From an uncultured Chloroflexia bacterium (GTDB lineage: Bacteria > Chloroflexota > Anaerolineae > JAAYZQ01), in contig CAVOXA010000005.1 in the NCBI GenBank assembly GCA_963700285.1, forward strand, positions 1 to 64,000: a stretch of DNA of 64,000 bases. The letters are read 5' to 3'. Under the pieces are notes generated by a model. That model ran no database searches. It had not been told where the DNA came from and saw only the letters and a program-made list of their open reading frames with translations. Shown here one piece after another: positions 20,636-32,246 of this stretch. The position numbers and the translations under genes are program-made. Every line of letters starts with the position of its first letter. Positions within the stretch are counted from its first letter, which is position 1.

Positions 20636-22133
20636 CTATCTGGCAACGGCGTCGAAAGTCGGGCTCAGGGCCGGGTACAGGTCGCGGTAGAGCGGGTATA
20701 GATCCTGGTACGCCGTCCTTGCCAGACCAGGTTCAATACTGCCGGTGGTCTCGATGACGGCTGTGCAGGCAGAGGGTACGTCCGGATAGATGCCAACGCC
20801 AGTGGCCGCCAGCAGCGCCGCGCCATAGGCCGCGCCCTCGGTGGTGTTGACCGTCACCAGCTCGGCGTCCAGCACGTCGGCCAGGATCTGCCGCCACAGC
20901 GGGCTCCTGGCCCCGCCGCCGGAGACGCGCACCTGGCGGATCTCGGCCAGCCCGGCTGCCTTCATCAGCTCAAAGCTGTCGCGCAGGCCAAAGGCCACGC
21001 CCTCCAGCACGGCGCGGGTCATGTGGGCCTGGCGTGTGGCGCACCGTCAGGCCGACGAAGGCACCGCGCGCCAGCGGATCGGGGTGCGGGCGTGCGCTCG
21101 CCGGTCAGGTAGGGCAGGAAGAGCAGTCCCTCGCTGCCGGGCGGCGACCTCGGCCGCCGGCGCCAGCAGCGCGTCGAAGTCCGGTGCCGGGGGCCAGGGT
21201 GTCGCGGTACCAGCGCAGGCTGCCCGCCGCCGAGAGCATGACGCCCATCAGGTGCCACTTGCCGGGCACGGCGTGGCAGAAGGCGTGCAGCCGGCCCTCC
21301 GGCTCGACGATGGGCCGGTCGGTGGCGGCAAAGACCACGCCCGAGGTGCCCAGGCTGAGGGAGACCACGCCCTCGACGACCGCGCCGATGCCCACGGCCC
21401 CGGCAGCCTGGTCGCCGCCGCCGCCCACGACCGGCGTACCCGCCTTCAGGCCGGTCGCCTCGGCCGCCTGCGGCGCTGATCTGGCCGGTCACGGCCGGTC
21501 CCCTCAAAGGTCGGGGGCAGCCAGGCGGGATCGATGCCCAGCGCCTCCACCACCTCGGGCGACCAGTCGCGCTGGCGCAGGTCAAAGAGCACCGTGCCCG
21601 CGCCGCCGGCCTTGTCGGTGGCATAACTCGCCGGTCAGCCTGAAGCGCACGTAATCCTTGGGCAGCAGGATCTGCCGGACCCGGGCGAAGACCTCCGGCT
21701 CATGGTTCTTGACCCACAGGATCTTGGGCGCGGTGAAGCCGGTCAGCGCGTCGTTGCCGGTGATCTGGATGAATCGCTCCTTGCCCAGCCGCGCGCGGAT
21801 CTCGTCGCACTCCGCCCCGGTGCGCTGGTCGTTCCACAGGATGGCCGGGCGCAGCACCTCGCCCGCCGCGTCCAGCAGCACCAGGCCGTGCATCTGGCCG
21901 GTCAGGCCCACGCCCTTGACCTCGGCTGGATCGACGCCGGATTGGGCCAGCACCTGGCGGATGCTGGCGACGGTCGCCTGCCACCACAGGTCGGGGTGCT
22001 GCTCGGTCCACAGGGGCCGCGGCGTGTCGTAGTCGTACTCTGACGAGGCGACGGCCACCACCTGGCCGTCGGCGCGCATCAGCAGCGCCTTGGTGGCGGT
22101 GGTTGAACTGTCGATCCCCAACACGTAGGTCAT
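20636..22133 (-). CDS. xylB: xylulokinase (FGGY family); several frameshifts
   Basis: [55 protein letters not shown]. Confidence 0.88.
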
Positions 22134-22412
22134 GAGACGATTCCTCCGGGTAGAACTTGGCAGTTCTGCGAGGTGGGCTTTCTCCGCACAGTATAGCTCC
22201 AATATATCCCTGGCGTCAAGCTGGTCAGGGTTTTTGACGCCAAGTGAGGTGGCCGGCAAGCTGGCTAGCCATGGTTGCCGGAGCGAGCTTGCTCTGCCCA
22301 TGTTGTTGAGCAAAGCTGCAGGACGTGGTACAATAGGCAGGCCACAGGCAGACTGGTATAGACCAGGGTCCACGGCGGTCCTGGTTCGTTGTTGCACAGC
22401 AGGTTGAATGCC

Positions 22413-25271
22413 ATGGCCATGCCGCTTCTGACAACAAAGCTCCATATCCCGCCCCTGCGGCGCAGCTTGGTCCGGCGCCCGCGCCTGTTGCAGCGCCTGG
22501 GTGGGGGACTGGCCCGGAGGCTCACGCTGGTCTCTGCTCCGGCGGGCTTTGGCAAGAGCACCCTGCTGGTTGAATGGGCTGGCGATCTTCAAGGAGCGGA
22601 TTCCCCGCCGGTGAAGGTGGCCTGGCTCTCGTTGGACTCTGGCGATGACGATCCCGCCCGCTTTTTTTCCTATCTTTCCGCGGCGATTCAGCGCGCCCAG
22701 GACGGCTCAGACCGGAGTGACGGGCAATCGTTCGAACTGGCCGCATCTTTTTCTTTTGAGCCTCATCTCGTTGACCTCATCAACCAGGTCGCTGGCCGGC
22801 CGCATAAACTCTTGCTGGTCCTGGATGACTATCACCTGATCACATCCCCGGCGATTCACGCCGCCGTGGCCTTTTTGATCGATCACCTGTCCGAGAACAT
22901 GCATCTGGTCCTGGCTACCCGCGGTGACCCACCCTTGCCCCTGGCCCGCCTCCGGGCCCGAGGAGACTTGGTCGAGCTGCGCCAGTCGGATCTGCGTTTC
23001 ACAGCCAAAGAGGCAGCCGAGTTTCTGAACGGCGTCGCCGGGCTGGAGCTTTCCCTTGGTGACGTCGCTGCCCTGGAAACACGTACGGAAGGCTGGATTG
23101 CCGGTCTGCGCATGGCGTCCCTGGCTGCCCAAGGCTGGAGGAGGGATGACGTTCGCAGCCTATCAAGGTCTATTCAGACCCTGACCGGGAGCCACCGCTT
23201 CATTCTGGACTATCTGGTGGAAGAGGTGCTCAACCAGCAGGCGTCCGCCGTCCAGCAGTTCTTGCTCGAGACCTCGATTCTGGAACGCCTGACCGCCCCG
23301 CTCTGTGACGCCGTGCGATTCGGCTCTGCCGAATCGCCTAGCACTTTTTCCGAATCTGCTGTGCGATTCGGCCCAGAATCACCGCTGCAGATTGATGCAG
23401 GTCTGGGGTTGCAGCGTGAGCTCGTTGAGGCCCCACGGCCAGAGTTTGACATCCAATCCCCGAGTCAACCGATCTTGCAGTACCTGGAAAACGCGAACCT
23501 ATTCATTGTGCCCCTGGACGACGAGCGGCGCTGGTACCGCTATCACCGCCTCTTTGCTGACCTCTTGCACAAGCGCTTGCATCAGACGCATGGCGGCCTG
23601 GTGCCGCTGCTGCACTTCCGGGCTAGCGAGTGGTACGAGCAGCAGGGGCTGATGGCCGAGGCCATCGATCACGCCCTGGCCGCAGAAGACCTGGAACGGG
23701 CCGCAACCCTGATTGACGTGAGCGTGGAAGCGACCTTTGCCAACAGCGAAATCGTGACCATTCTCCGCTGGGTGGAAAAGCTGCCCGACAGAATGGTGCG
23801 CAACCGTCCGACGCTATGCTTCTACCATGCCTGGGCCCTGCTCATGAGCGGTCGCTCGCTGGAGGCTGTGGAGCAACGCCTGCTGGGTATCACCTCTACT
23901 CAAGACGATGCTGCCGTCAGCGAGGTGATGAGTGGCAGGGTGGCTGCCCTGCGCGCCTACAGCTTGCTCCTGCAGGGCGATATGATGCGGGCGGCAGAGA
24001 TGTGCGCCCAGGCATTAGAGACGCTGCCCGAGAGCGATCAGTTGCTGCGCGGTATCATGACCTGGGTTTCGAGCCTGGCCCAGCTCTTTGAGGGCAGCCT
24101 CCAGGATGGCAGCCAGGAACTCGGAGATGTGGCCAGGATGGGGCAGGAACTCGGCAACCCGCTGATTGCCGTGACGGCTCTCTGCTTTCAGGCCAGGCTT
24201 CAGGTGCGGCAGGGACGGCTGCATCGAGCCAGGGAGATTCTGGAGCGGGCGCTGCTCCTGGCAACCGATCGGCAGGGCCGGCGGCTGCCGATTGCCAGCG
24301 AGGCATTGATAGGCCTGGGCGAACTGTGGCGGGAGTGGAATGACCTTGATGCAGCGGTAGATCACCTGGCCGAGGGCATCGAACTGGCCATGCAGTGGAG
24401 CGAGGTGGCAGCGCTGGATGCCTACGGCCCCCTGGCCCGCGTCAGAGCGGCCCAGGGCGATTGGCGGGCAGCTCAGGAGGCCCTGGAGACGGCCCGGAGC
24501 CTCGCCCTCAAATCCGAGTCCACCGAGGTGGATGATCATGTTGTCGATCTGCATCACGGCCGCTTGCTGATCGCACAAGGCGACCTCGAAGGGGCCAGGC
24601 GCTGGGCGGAGAGGCGGGGGCTGGGTCCCGGTATCCGCAGAACGCCGCCCCCTGAGCGGGATCAGCCCTTCATTGGAGCGCACCTGCGGAAATACGAACA
24701 CGAGGTGCTGGCACGATTGTTCCTCCTGGGGAATCAAGTTGCCGAGGCGCTTGATCTGTTGGAAGAGCTCTTGGCCGAGGTGAGGCAACTGGATCGTGTG
24801 GACCTGATCATTGACCTGCAGATCCTGCGCGCCCTGGCATTCCAGGCTCAGGGCAAGGACGGAGAGGCGATGGTCGCTCTCGCCGAGGCATTGAACCTCG
24901 CCCAACCGGGAGGATACGTCCGCATTTTCCTCGACGAGGGGCCGGCCATGGGCAGGCTTCTGCGCCAGGCTGCTTCCCGGGGCGTTGCTCCCGTCTACGT
25001 AGCAGAGCTGCTGGGGGGCTTTGCGACCGGGTCCATGCCGCCGGCAGGAGCCCGACTGCTCCGTCCCCAACCCTTGATCGAGGATTTGAGCGAGCGCGAA
25101 ATGGAGGTACTGCGGCTGCTCGCCACGGGCATGTCCAATCCCGAGATCGCCGGATCCCTCTATGTCGCCGTAAGCACCGTGCGCTCCCACTGCAAGAGCA
25201 TCTATGCCAAGTTGGACGTGCACAAGCGGTGGGATGCGGTGCAGCGAGCCCAGGACCTGGGTCTCCTCTAG
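22413..25271 (+). CDS. MalT-like LuxR regulator (STAND ATPase-TPR-LuxR HTH)
   Basis: LLTTKLHIP, SAPAGFGKST, LDDYH, RTEGWIAGL, WYRYHRLFA, LSEREMEVL..GMSNPEIA. Confidence 0.93.
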   Translation: MAMPLLTTKLHIPPLRRSLVRRPRLLQRLGGGLARRLTLVSAPAGFGKSTLLVEWAGDLQGADSPPVKVAWLSLDSGDDDPARFFSYLSAAIQRAQDGSDRSDGQSFELAASFSFEPHLVDLINQVAGRPHKLLLVLDDYHLITSPAIHAAVAFLIDHLSENMHLVLATRGDPPLPLARLRARGDLVELRQSDLRFTAKEAAEFLNGVAGLELSLGDVAALETRTEGWIAGLRMASLAAQGWRRDDVRSLSRSIQTLTGSHRFILDYLVEEVLNQQASAVQQFLLETSILERLTAPLCDAVRFGSAESPSTFSESAVRFGPESPLQIDAGLGLQRELVEAPRPEFDIQSPSQPILQYLENANLFIVPLDDERRWYRYHRLFADLLHKRLHQTHGGLVPLLHFRASEWYEQQGLMAEAIDHALAAEDLERAATLIDVSVEATFANSEIVTILRWVEKLPDRMVRNRPTLCFYHAWALLMSGRSLEAVEQRLLGITSTQDDAAVSEVMSGRVAALRAYSLLLQGDMMRAAEMCAQALETLPESDQLLRGIMTWVSSLAQLFEGSLQDGSQELGDVARMGQELGNPLIAVTALCFQARLQVRQGRLHRAREILERALLLATDRQGRRLPIASEALIGLGELWREWNDLDAAVDHLAEGIELAMQWSEVAALDAYGPLARVRAAQGDWRAAQEALETARSLALKSESTEVDDHVVDLHHGRLLIAQGDLEGARRWAERRGLGPGIRRTPPPERDQPFIGAHLRKYEHEVLARLFLLGNQVAEALDLLEELLAEVRQLDRVDLIIDLQILRALAFQAQGKDGEAMVALAEALNLAQPGGYVRIFLDEGPAMGRLLRQAASRGVAPVYVAELLGGFATGSMPPAGARLLRPQPLIEDLSEREMEVLRLLATGMSNPEIAGSLYVAVSTVRSHCKSIYAKLDVHKRWDAVQRAQDLGLL

Positions 25272-25343
25272 CCCTGGGAAAGCAGAGATGTCTGTCTGAT
25301 AGCCTCTACCAGAAGGGTGGGGGCTTGTTTTTCCCCCCTTTCA

Positions 25344-25389
25344 ATCCCCCAGGTGGGTGATGACATCTCACCCGGCCGGAGGCTATAAT
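25344..25389 (+). promoter_or_regulatory. candidate LuxR-box palindrome plus promoter
   Basis: ATCCCCCA-GG-TGGGTGAT (one mismatch) overlapping ATGACA (-35), 18-bp spacer, TATAAT at 25384. Confidence 0.55.
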
Positions 25390-25437
25390 GGGTTCACATC
25401 ACGAGCGGAGCATCGCTCACACCATGGGGTTGGCAGA

Positions 25438-25776
25438 GTGAAATCAAAAAGCACGCAGACGGGCCCAAGGCACCAAGATCCGCGGGCAGTCTATGAGATC
25501 CGCATAGAGGGAGAACTGGACCGGAGTTGGGAGCAATGGTTCAGTGGCCTGACGATTTCGCTCGAGTCAGACAGCGGGCAGATGGCTGCCGCGGCGGGTT
25601 CCACTGAACTGCCTGGCGATCCAGCCGGGCCGAAGCGCACGACGTTCACCGGCGCCGTGGCCGACCAAGCAGCCCTGCGGGGCATGCTGTGCCGGTTGTG
25701 GGATCTGAACCTGACCGTGGTCTCGGTGCGCCGCATTGAGGAGGAGGAATATGGTGGCCAGTCTGGAACATGCTGA
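25438..25776 (+). CDS. small hypothetical protein of a type often found after MalT-like LuxR genes
   Basis: YEIRIEGEL..WEQWFSGLTI..TFTGAVADQAALRGMLCRLWDLNLTVVSV. Confidence 0.7.
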   Translation: MKSKSTQTGPRHQDPRAVYEIRIEGELDRSWEQWFSGLTISLESDSGQMAAAAGSTELPGDPAGPKRTTFTGAVADQAALRGMLCRLWDLNLTVVSVRRIEEEEYGGQSGTC

Positions 25777-27706
25777 CATCTCGGGTGTGCTTTTTACTGC
25801 CGATCCGATAACGGGCAGCCGTATGCGCATGACGGGAAGCTTTGTCAATGGCTCTGACGAGGGCCCGGTCTCGGGGGAGGCAGAGCCCCACAGCTTTGCT
25901 TTCGAACGCCCCAAGGGCCGCTACAATGGCCCGGCCACGCTAAAGCCATACGCCCGCAAGCTTCACAAGCTGGCGGTCCGCCTGGAGGTAAAGCAGGGCC
26001 GCCCCCAGGAGATCGAGTGGGTGGTAGCCGGTGGCCGGATCTCCCTCTTGCGGTCGCGGCCCATCGCCGCGCTCCAGGGCTACGATGCGACGACAGGCGA
26101 CTGGAACGACAGCCTGACCGGTGATTACCTGTGGTCGCGCAACAACTTTGGCGAGGCCCGGCCCGACGTGATGAGCCCCTTCACCTACTCGCTCAGCGAG
26201 AAGGTCTGGAGCGAGATCAGCTTCCTGCCCGGCTACCACCTGTCGGGCAATATCTGCGGCCGCTACTATGCCAACGTCAGTGTTGCCATCTCGATGTCGA
26301 TGGCCATGGGCAAGAGCAAGGACGCTGCGCTGGAGCATGATGAAGGGGCTGCTGGGCAACGTACCGGAAGGTTTGGAGATCCCGCTGGTCCCGCTGCCCC
26401 GTTCGACAATGCTCCTGGCGCTGCCACGGATGATCAGGCTGGGCATGAAGGAGAAAGCGGGCGGCAAAAGGATCCCCGAATTCCTGGCGACGAACCCAGC
26501 TCGCTGCAAGGCGCTGCGGCAGCGGATCCAGGAGACGGGCGACAAGGCCGAGTCTGGCTGCCTTCTGGCACGAGGAGATCATGCCCAGGCTACAGGACAG
26601 CATGTGGATCATGGGCGGCTCCGCGCAGCCCCTCGAGGCCAAGATGAAGCTCAGGGACGAGCTGGTCGATCTGGTGGGCGAGGCCGACGCCAATGCCCTC
26701 TTCTCCAGCCTGAGCAGCGAGGACGAAATGCTGGCCAGCCTGGGTCCGGTGGTCGGCGTGAGCAGGGTGGCCCAGGGCGAGATGAGCCGCGAGGAGTACC
26801 TGGAAAAGTATGGCCATCGCGGCCCGCACGAGGCCGAGCTGTCCGAGCCGCGCCCGGCCGAGGATCCAGCGTGGCTCGACCGGCAACTGGCTGAATACGA
26901 AAAGAACCCCGTGGACGTGGATGCGCTGCTGGCCAGACGCCGAGCCGAGTTTGAGGCCGCCTGGCAGCGACTCCAGGCGCGCTATCCCAAGAAGGCGCAA
27001 AAGCTGCGGCGCCAAGATCGAAGAGGTGGGGCCAGCAGCCCGCCTGCGCGAGGCCGTCCGCGACGAGATCACCCGCTTTCTGTGGGTCGAACGCGAGTGG
27101 GCCCTGCGCGCTGGCGAGCTGACCGGCCTGGGCGATGACATCTTTTTCCTGACCATCGACGAGGTCCTGGCGCTGCTTCGGCGAGGCGACTGACAGCGGC
27201 GACACGAGCACATTCCGGCCCGCAAAGAGACCTATGCCCGCTACCGCGAGCTGCCGCCCTACCCGATGATCATCCGCGGTCGCTTTGATCCTTTCGAGTG
27301 GGCGCCGGACCCGGATCGGCGCAACGACATCTATGACGCCACCGTCGCTGCGTGCCTGCCTCCAGCTCAGACACGATCACCGGTTTTGCCGGCGCGGCAG
27401 GCCGCGTCGAGGGCCAGGTCCGCGTGCTGGACGGGCCGGAGCAGGGCGACCAGCTCCAGCCGGGCGAGATCCTGGTGGCGGTGACGACCAACGTCGGCTG
27501 GACGCCCATCTTTCCCCGCGCCGCCGCGGTCGTTACCGACGTGGGCGCGCCGCTCTCCCACGCGGCCATCGTCGCCCGCGAGCTGGGCATCCCGGCCGTG
27601 GTCGGCTGCGGCAGCGCCACCGACGCGCCTACGCACCGGCGACCGGGTGCGGGTGGATGGCGGAAGAGGCATCGTAGAGGTACTGTGGAAGGCAAACCAT
27701 GCTTGA
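25751..27706 (+). CDS. PEP-utiliser/rifampin phosphotransferase-like protein 1, only the C-terminal part of the ATP-grasp present; frameshifted
   Basis: GAGGAGG RBS, begins at ..SGVLFTADP, IEW..SRPI, WSRNNFGEA, YGHRGPHE, GAPLSHAAIVARELGIPAV. Confidence 0.8.
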
Positions 27707-29337
27707 CGATACCAAGACTGCGACAGCGGAACCGATGAAGGGCTGGAATGATAGTCTGATGGGTGACTATCTATGGTCGAACGTCAATTTCGGTGAGGCG
27801 GTGACGGAGGTGATGACCCCGCTGACCTGGTCGGTGATCCAGTTCACCCTGGATGACTGGGTCTTTTTGCCGGGCTGGTCCACGGTGGGGGTGATTGGCG
27901 GGCGTCCATACCTCAACATCAGCATCTTTGCGACCCTGTTGTACGGGATGGGCCGCAGCCGCCAGGACCTGCTCAACTCCATGGAATCGACCTTGTACAT
28001 GCGCCTACCGGATGAAATGTCCATTCCCACCATCCCGGTATCCCGCGGCACCCTTTTGCGGGGCATGTGGTCCGCGCTGCGGGTTCAGTTGAGACAGCGG
28101 CGCGGCGTTCAGAACCGCCCCGGCGTATGTGGCTGGCAACAGGGCCTGGTTCCAGGCTATCCGCCAGGAGATCCAGTCCCGGGAAATGGCTTCCGATCTG
28201 CGCGACCTTTGGTATTCTGACATCAGGCCCCACATCAAGAACGGTGTCTGGTGCGTACTGGGCAGCGCCTCCCACTCGGTCGACTATACCCAGAAGCTGC
28301 GCCGCCAACTGGTGGCGCTGACCGGCCCCGAGGATGCGGATTTCCTGATCGCCAACTTGAGTGACGAGGATGCGCCGCTGGAAAGCCTTGGGCCGCTGGC
28401 CGGACTGGACAAACTGGCGTGCGGCGAGATTTCCAGAGCCACTTACCTGGAGGACTGCGGTCACCGCGGCCCTCAGGAATTCGAACTCTCGGTGCCACGT
28501 CCGGCGGAAGACCCGATGTGGCTGGACCAGGAACTGGAAAGGATGCGCAGGTCTCCCGTGGATGTGGAAGGGCTGGTAGCAGCACAGCGCCAAGCGTTTG
28601 CGGCTGCCTGGGAGCGGCTTCAGGCGCAGGACCTCCAGGCTTCCAAACGCCTGGGCCGCAAGATCGCGGAGAGCGCCCGGAGGGCGCGCCAGCGGGAGCT
28701 GGCTCGCTCCGCCTATGTGCGGGACCGCTGGTCCATCCGGCTCTTTGCCCTGCGGGCCGGAGAGTTGACCGGCCTCGGGGAGCAGGTCTTTTTCCTTTCC
28801 CTGGAAGAATTGCTGACGTTCCTGGGGGGTGACCAATCGGTGACCGGAGCCATCGGGCAGCGGAGGGAGATCTATCGACAGTACAAAGCCCTGCCGGCCT
28901 ACCCACCCGTCATCCGGGGCCGGTTTGACCCCTTTGCCTGGGCAGTGGATCCGAACCGTCCCACCGATCTATATGATGCCGGTAGAGTTGGCAGCGCGAG
29001 GCCCCAATCTGGCCTTGTCGAGGGCTCGCCTGGATCCGCGGGGATTGTGGAAGGAACCGTACGGGTCATCGACAGGCCCGAGGCCGGCGACCTCCTGCGA
29101 AAGGGAGAAATCATGGTCGCGGTCCAGACGGACATTGCCTGGACCCTGCTCTTCCCTCGGGCGGCTGCCGTTGTCACAGACGTCGGTGCTCCTCTTTCCC
29201 ACGCGGCCATTGTGGCCCGCGAGTTGGGCATCCCGGCGGTCCTGGGCTGTGGCAATGCGACCGCGGTGCTAAGAACTGGTGACCGGGTGCGCGTGGACGG
29301 CGGCCAAGGAACGGTCGAGGTTCTTTATGATTTGTAG
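27699..29337 (+). CDS. PEP-utiliser/RPH-like protein 2, no ATP-grasp; one frameshift
   Basis: WNDSLMGDYLWSNVNFGEA, GHRGPQEFE, GAPLSHAAIVARELGIPAV, RVDGGQG. Confidence 0.82.
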
Positions 29338-29407
29338 AGCAATGAACCTGGGGTTCAACGCTGGGTGCGCCACCCTCAGCTGGTGCAATCACAGATAGAG
29401 GTATGAG

Positions 29408-32112
29408 ATGAATGCAGATTATGGAACATCAGAGTATGTGCTGCCCCTGGCCGACTCCAGGGCTACCCTGGAGTCGGTGGGCGGAAAAGGGGCATCGCTG
29501 GCCCGCCTCGTCGCCGCCGGGCTGCCGGTACCCGACGGCTTTCACGTGACAACCGCCGCCTACCGGTTGTTCGTGGCCGAGAACAACTTGCAGCCGGGGA
29601 TCGAGGCGGCACTGGAACAGGTAGACCTCACCCAGCCGGCCACGCTGGGGAGCGCGTCGCAGGCCATCGGCGAGTTGTTCGCCGCGGCGCAGACGCCACC
29701 CGCCGCTGCCAGTGCCATCGCCCTGGCCTACGCTTCGCTCACACAGGCGGGCGCGCCCGTTGCTGGCGAACAGGCGAGTGGTTCGCCCCAGCAACTGGCT
29801 TTGCCCGTTGCCGTGCGATCTTCGGCCACCGCCGAAGACCTGCCCGAGGCAAGTTTTGCCGGCCAGCAGGAAACCTATTTGAACATCGCCGGCTATGGCG
29901 AGGTATTGGAGGCGATCAAGCACTGCTGGGCGTCGCTGTGGACGGCGCGGGCCATTGGCTACCGGGCCCGGCAGGAGATCAGCCCGGAGAGCCTAAGCCT
30001 GGCCGTGGTTGTGCAAAGCATGGTGCCGGCCGAGGCGGCGGGGATCCTGTTTACGGCCAATCCCATCAGCGGCGGGCGCGACCAGACGGTCATCAGTGCC
30101 TCGTGGGGGCTGGGAGAATCGATAGTGGGTGGAGCGGTCACGCCCGACGCCCTCACGGTGGACAAGGCCACGGGCGCCGTGCTCGACTACCAGATCGCTG
30201 ACAAGCGGGTGATGACTACTCGCACGGCCACTCCGGATGGAGCCAGTGTTGGAACGGAGGAGCAGCCGGTCCCCGATGCCCTGCGGCGCGCCCCGGTGCT
30301 CGACGACAAGGCCGCCGCCGAACTGAACCGGCTGGGCGCCGAGATCGAAACACTGTACGGCATGCCCATGGATATCGAGTGGACCCTGGCGGGAGGCCAG
30401 GTCGCCATTGTCCAGGCACGACCCATCACGGCGCTTCCTCCTGAACCGCTCGTTCCCGAGGAAGCGCTTCAGGGCCCAACAGAATGGCCCATGCCCGATC
30501 CCAAGGGGCCCTATATGCGCGGCAGCATCGCCGATTTCATGCCCGATCCCCTGAGCCCGCTCTTTGCCACCTTGGGGATGCCGGCCATCAATGCCGGGAT
30601 GCGGCAAACGATGGAGGAGCAGATAGGCGGGCGGGTGACCTTTCTGGACAACTATCTCACGACCATTAACGACTATGCCTACCTCTATGTGAGCTTGGGC
30701 TGCCGGGACTGGGGCTGGCTGTTGTTCAGGATGGGGCCGGCCTTGCCGCGCCTGCTGCGCAACGGCGAGCGGCACTGGCGCGAGGTCGCCCGTCCTCGCT
30801 ACGCCGAGACTGTGGCTCCATGGCGCGGAAGGCAGCCGAAGCGATGACCGCGGCCGAACTGCTGGCTGGCGCAGGCGAACTGACCTCGGCCATGGGGCGC
30901 TATCTCACCGCCCTTCAGGTGGACGCTATCGGGACGGCCGCCGGCACCGAGGGGCTTTTCACAGCCGTTTACGACAAGATGGTCAAGCACGAGGGCGATC
31001 CACCGGCCGCGACCCTGCTACTGGGCGCCGACAGCATGCCCATCCGGGCCGAGAAGGCGCTCTACGACCTGGCCCAATGGTGCCGCAATCGCGGCGAGGT
31101 AGCCAGCCTCATTCTGGACATGCCCTCGGACCGGCTGGCGGAGCAGCTCGCGCACGGCGAAGTACCAGCTGGGCAACGGGAACTGGGGCGAGTTTGAGCG
31201 CCGCTTCCAGAGCCACCTGAAGCGCTATGGGCACAGCATCTATGACCTCGACTTTGCCAAGCCGCTGCCTGCAGACGATCCGCTGCCGCTGGTAGAAGCG
31301 CTCAAGCTGTTCATCCGTGGTGAGGGGGTAGATCCGCACGAACGCCAGCAGAAATCGGTAGCACGGCGGGAGGCGGCCATCGGTACCTCGTCCAGCAGGG
31401 TCAAGGGCTTGAAGCGCAGGCTGTTCCGCTGGACACTGAGCTGGGCGCAGAGATTCGCGCTCGTCCGCGAGGATAGTATCTTTGACATCGGCCTGGGTTA
31501 TCCCCGTGCTGCGGGGGCTGCTGCTGGAGTTGGGCCGCCGTCTTGCCGAGTCTGGCGCCATCGCCGAAGCTGAGGACATCTTTTGGCTGGAACGAGCCGA
31601 GGTGGAACGGGAGAGCGCGACGCTGGATGCCCACGGGCTGCCTGGGGACCTGACGGAGCGGGTAGCGGAGCGCCGGGCCACCTGGCGGGTGTACAAGCGA
31701 GCCACGCCGCCGCAGCAACTGCCGCCCAAAGGCCGGGTCATGGGTATCAAGACGGATGCCTTCATGGCCGTGGATGCTGATGATCAGACGGGCGATGTCC
31801 TCAAGGGAGTCGCCGCCAGCCCGGGACAGATCACCGCCCCGGCCCGGGTCTTGCTGGGTCCGGAGGACTTTCGGTCAGATGATGCCGGGCGATGTACTGG
31901 TCGCCGAGATCACGACGCCGGCCTGGACCCCGCTGTTCGCCATGGCGGCCGGCATTGTCACCGACATCGGCGGGCCGCTGAGCCACGGCTCCATCGTAGC
32001 CCGTGAGTATGGCATCCCTGCGGTACTGGGCACAGGCGTCGCTACCCAGCGCATCCGCAGCGGGCAGTTGGTCACGGTAGATGGAAGCGCAGGCACGGTT
32101 AACCTGACATAA
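29408..32112 (+). CDS. full-length PEP synthase/RPH-like dikinase (ATP-grasp, middle domain, His-swivel); frameshifted
   Basis: VGGKGASL, AVRSSATAEDL..SFAGQQETY, SWGLGE, DIEW, QARPIT, YGH, GGPLSHGSIVAREYGIPAV. Confidence 0.88.
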
Positions 32113-32123
32113 CTCACCCTCTC

Positions 32124-32199
32124 GTCATTGCGACGAGTGCAACGAGGAAGCAATCCCGAAGGCAGAAGTGGGGATCGCTTCTCTGACGCCCGCGATGAC
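32124..32199. repeat. REP/RPE-like palindromic element
   Basis: GTCATTGCG..GAAGCAATCCC..GGGATCGCTTC..CGCGATGAC nested inverted repeats. Confidence 0.65.
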
Positions 32200-32246
32200 A
32201 AGCTCGCAACAGTCCAGACGAGAGTTGCGTGCAACAGAGATCCAGA

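Noticed and set aside
29408-32112. Calling this gene rph (rifampin resistance) or ppsA
   Set aside because: The architecture is RPH-like, but substrate specificity cannot be read from the motifs and the PEP/pyruvate-binding barrel of PpsA is absent.
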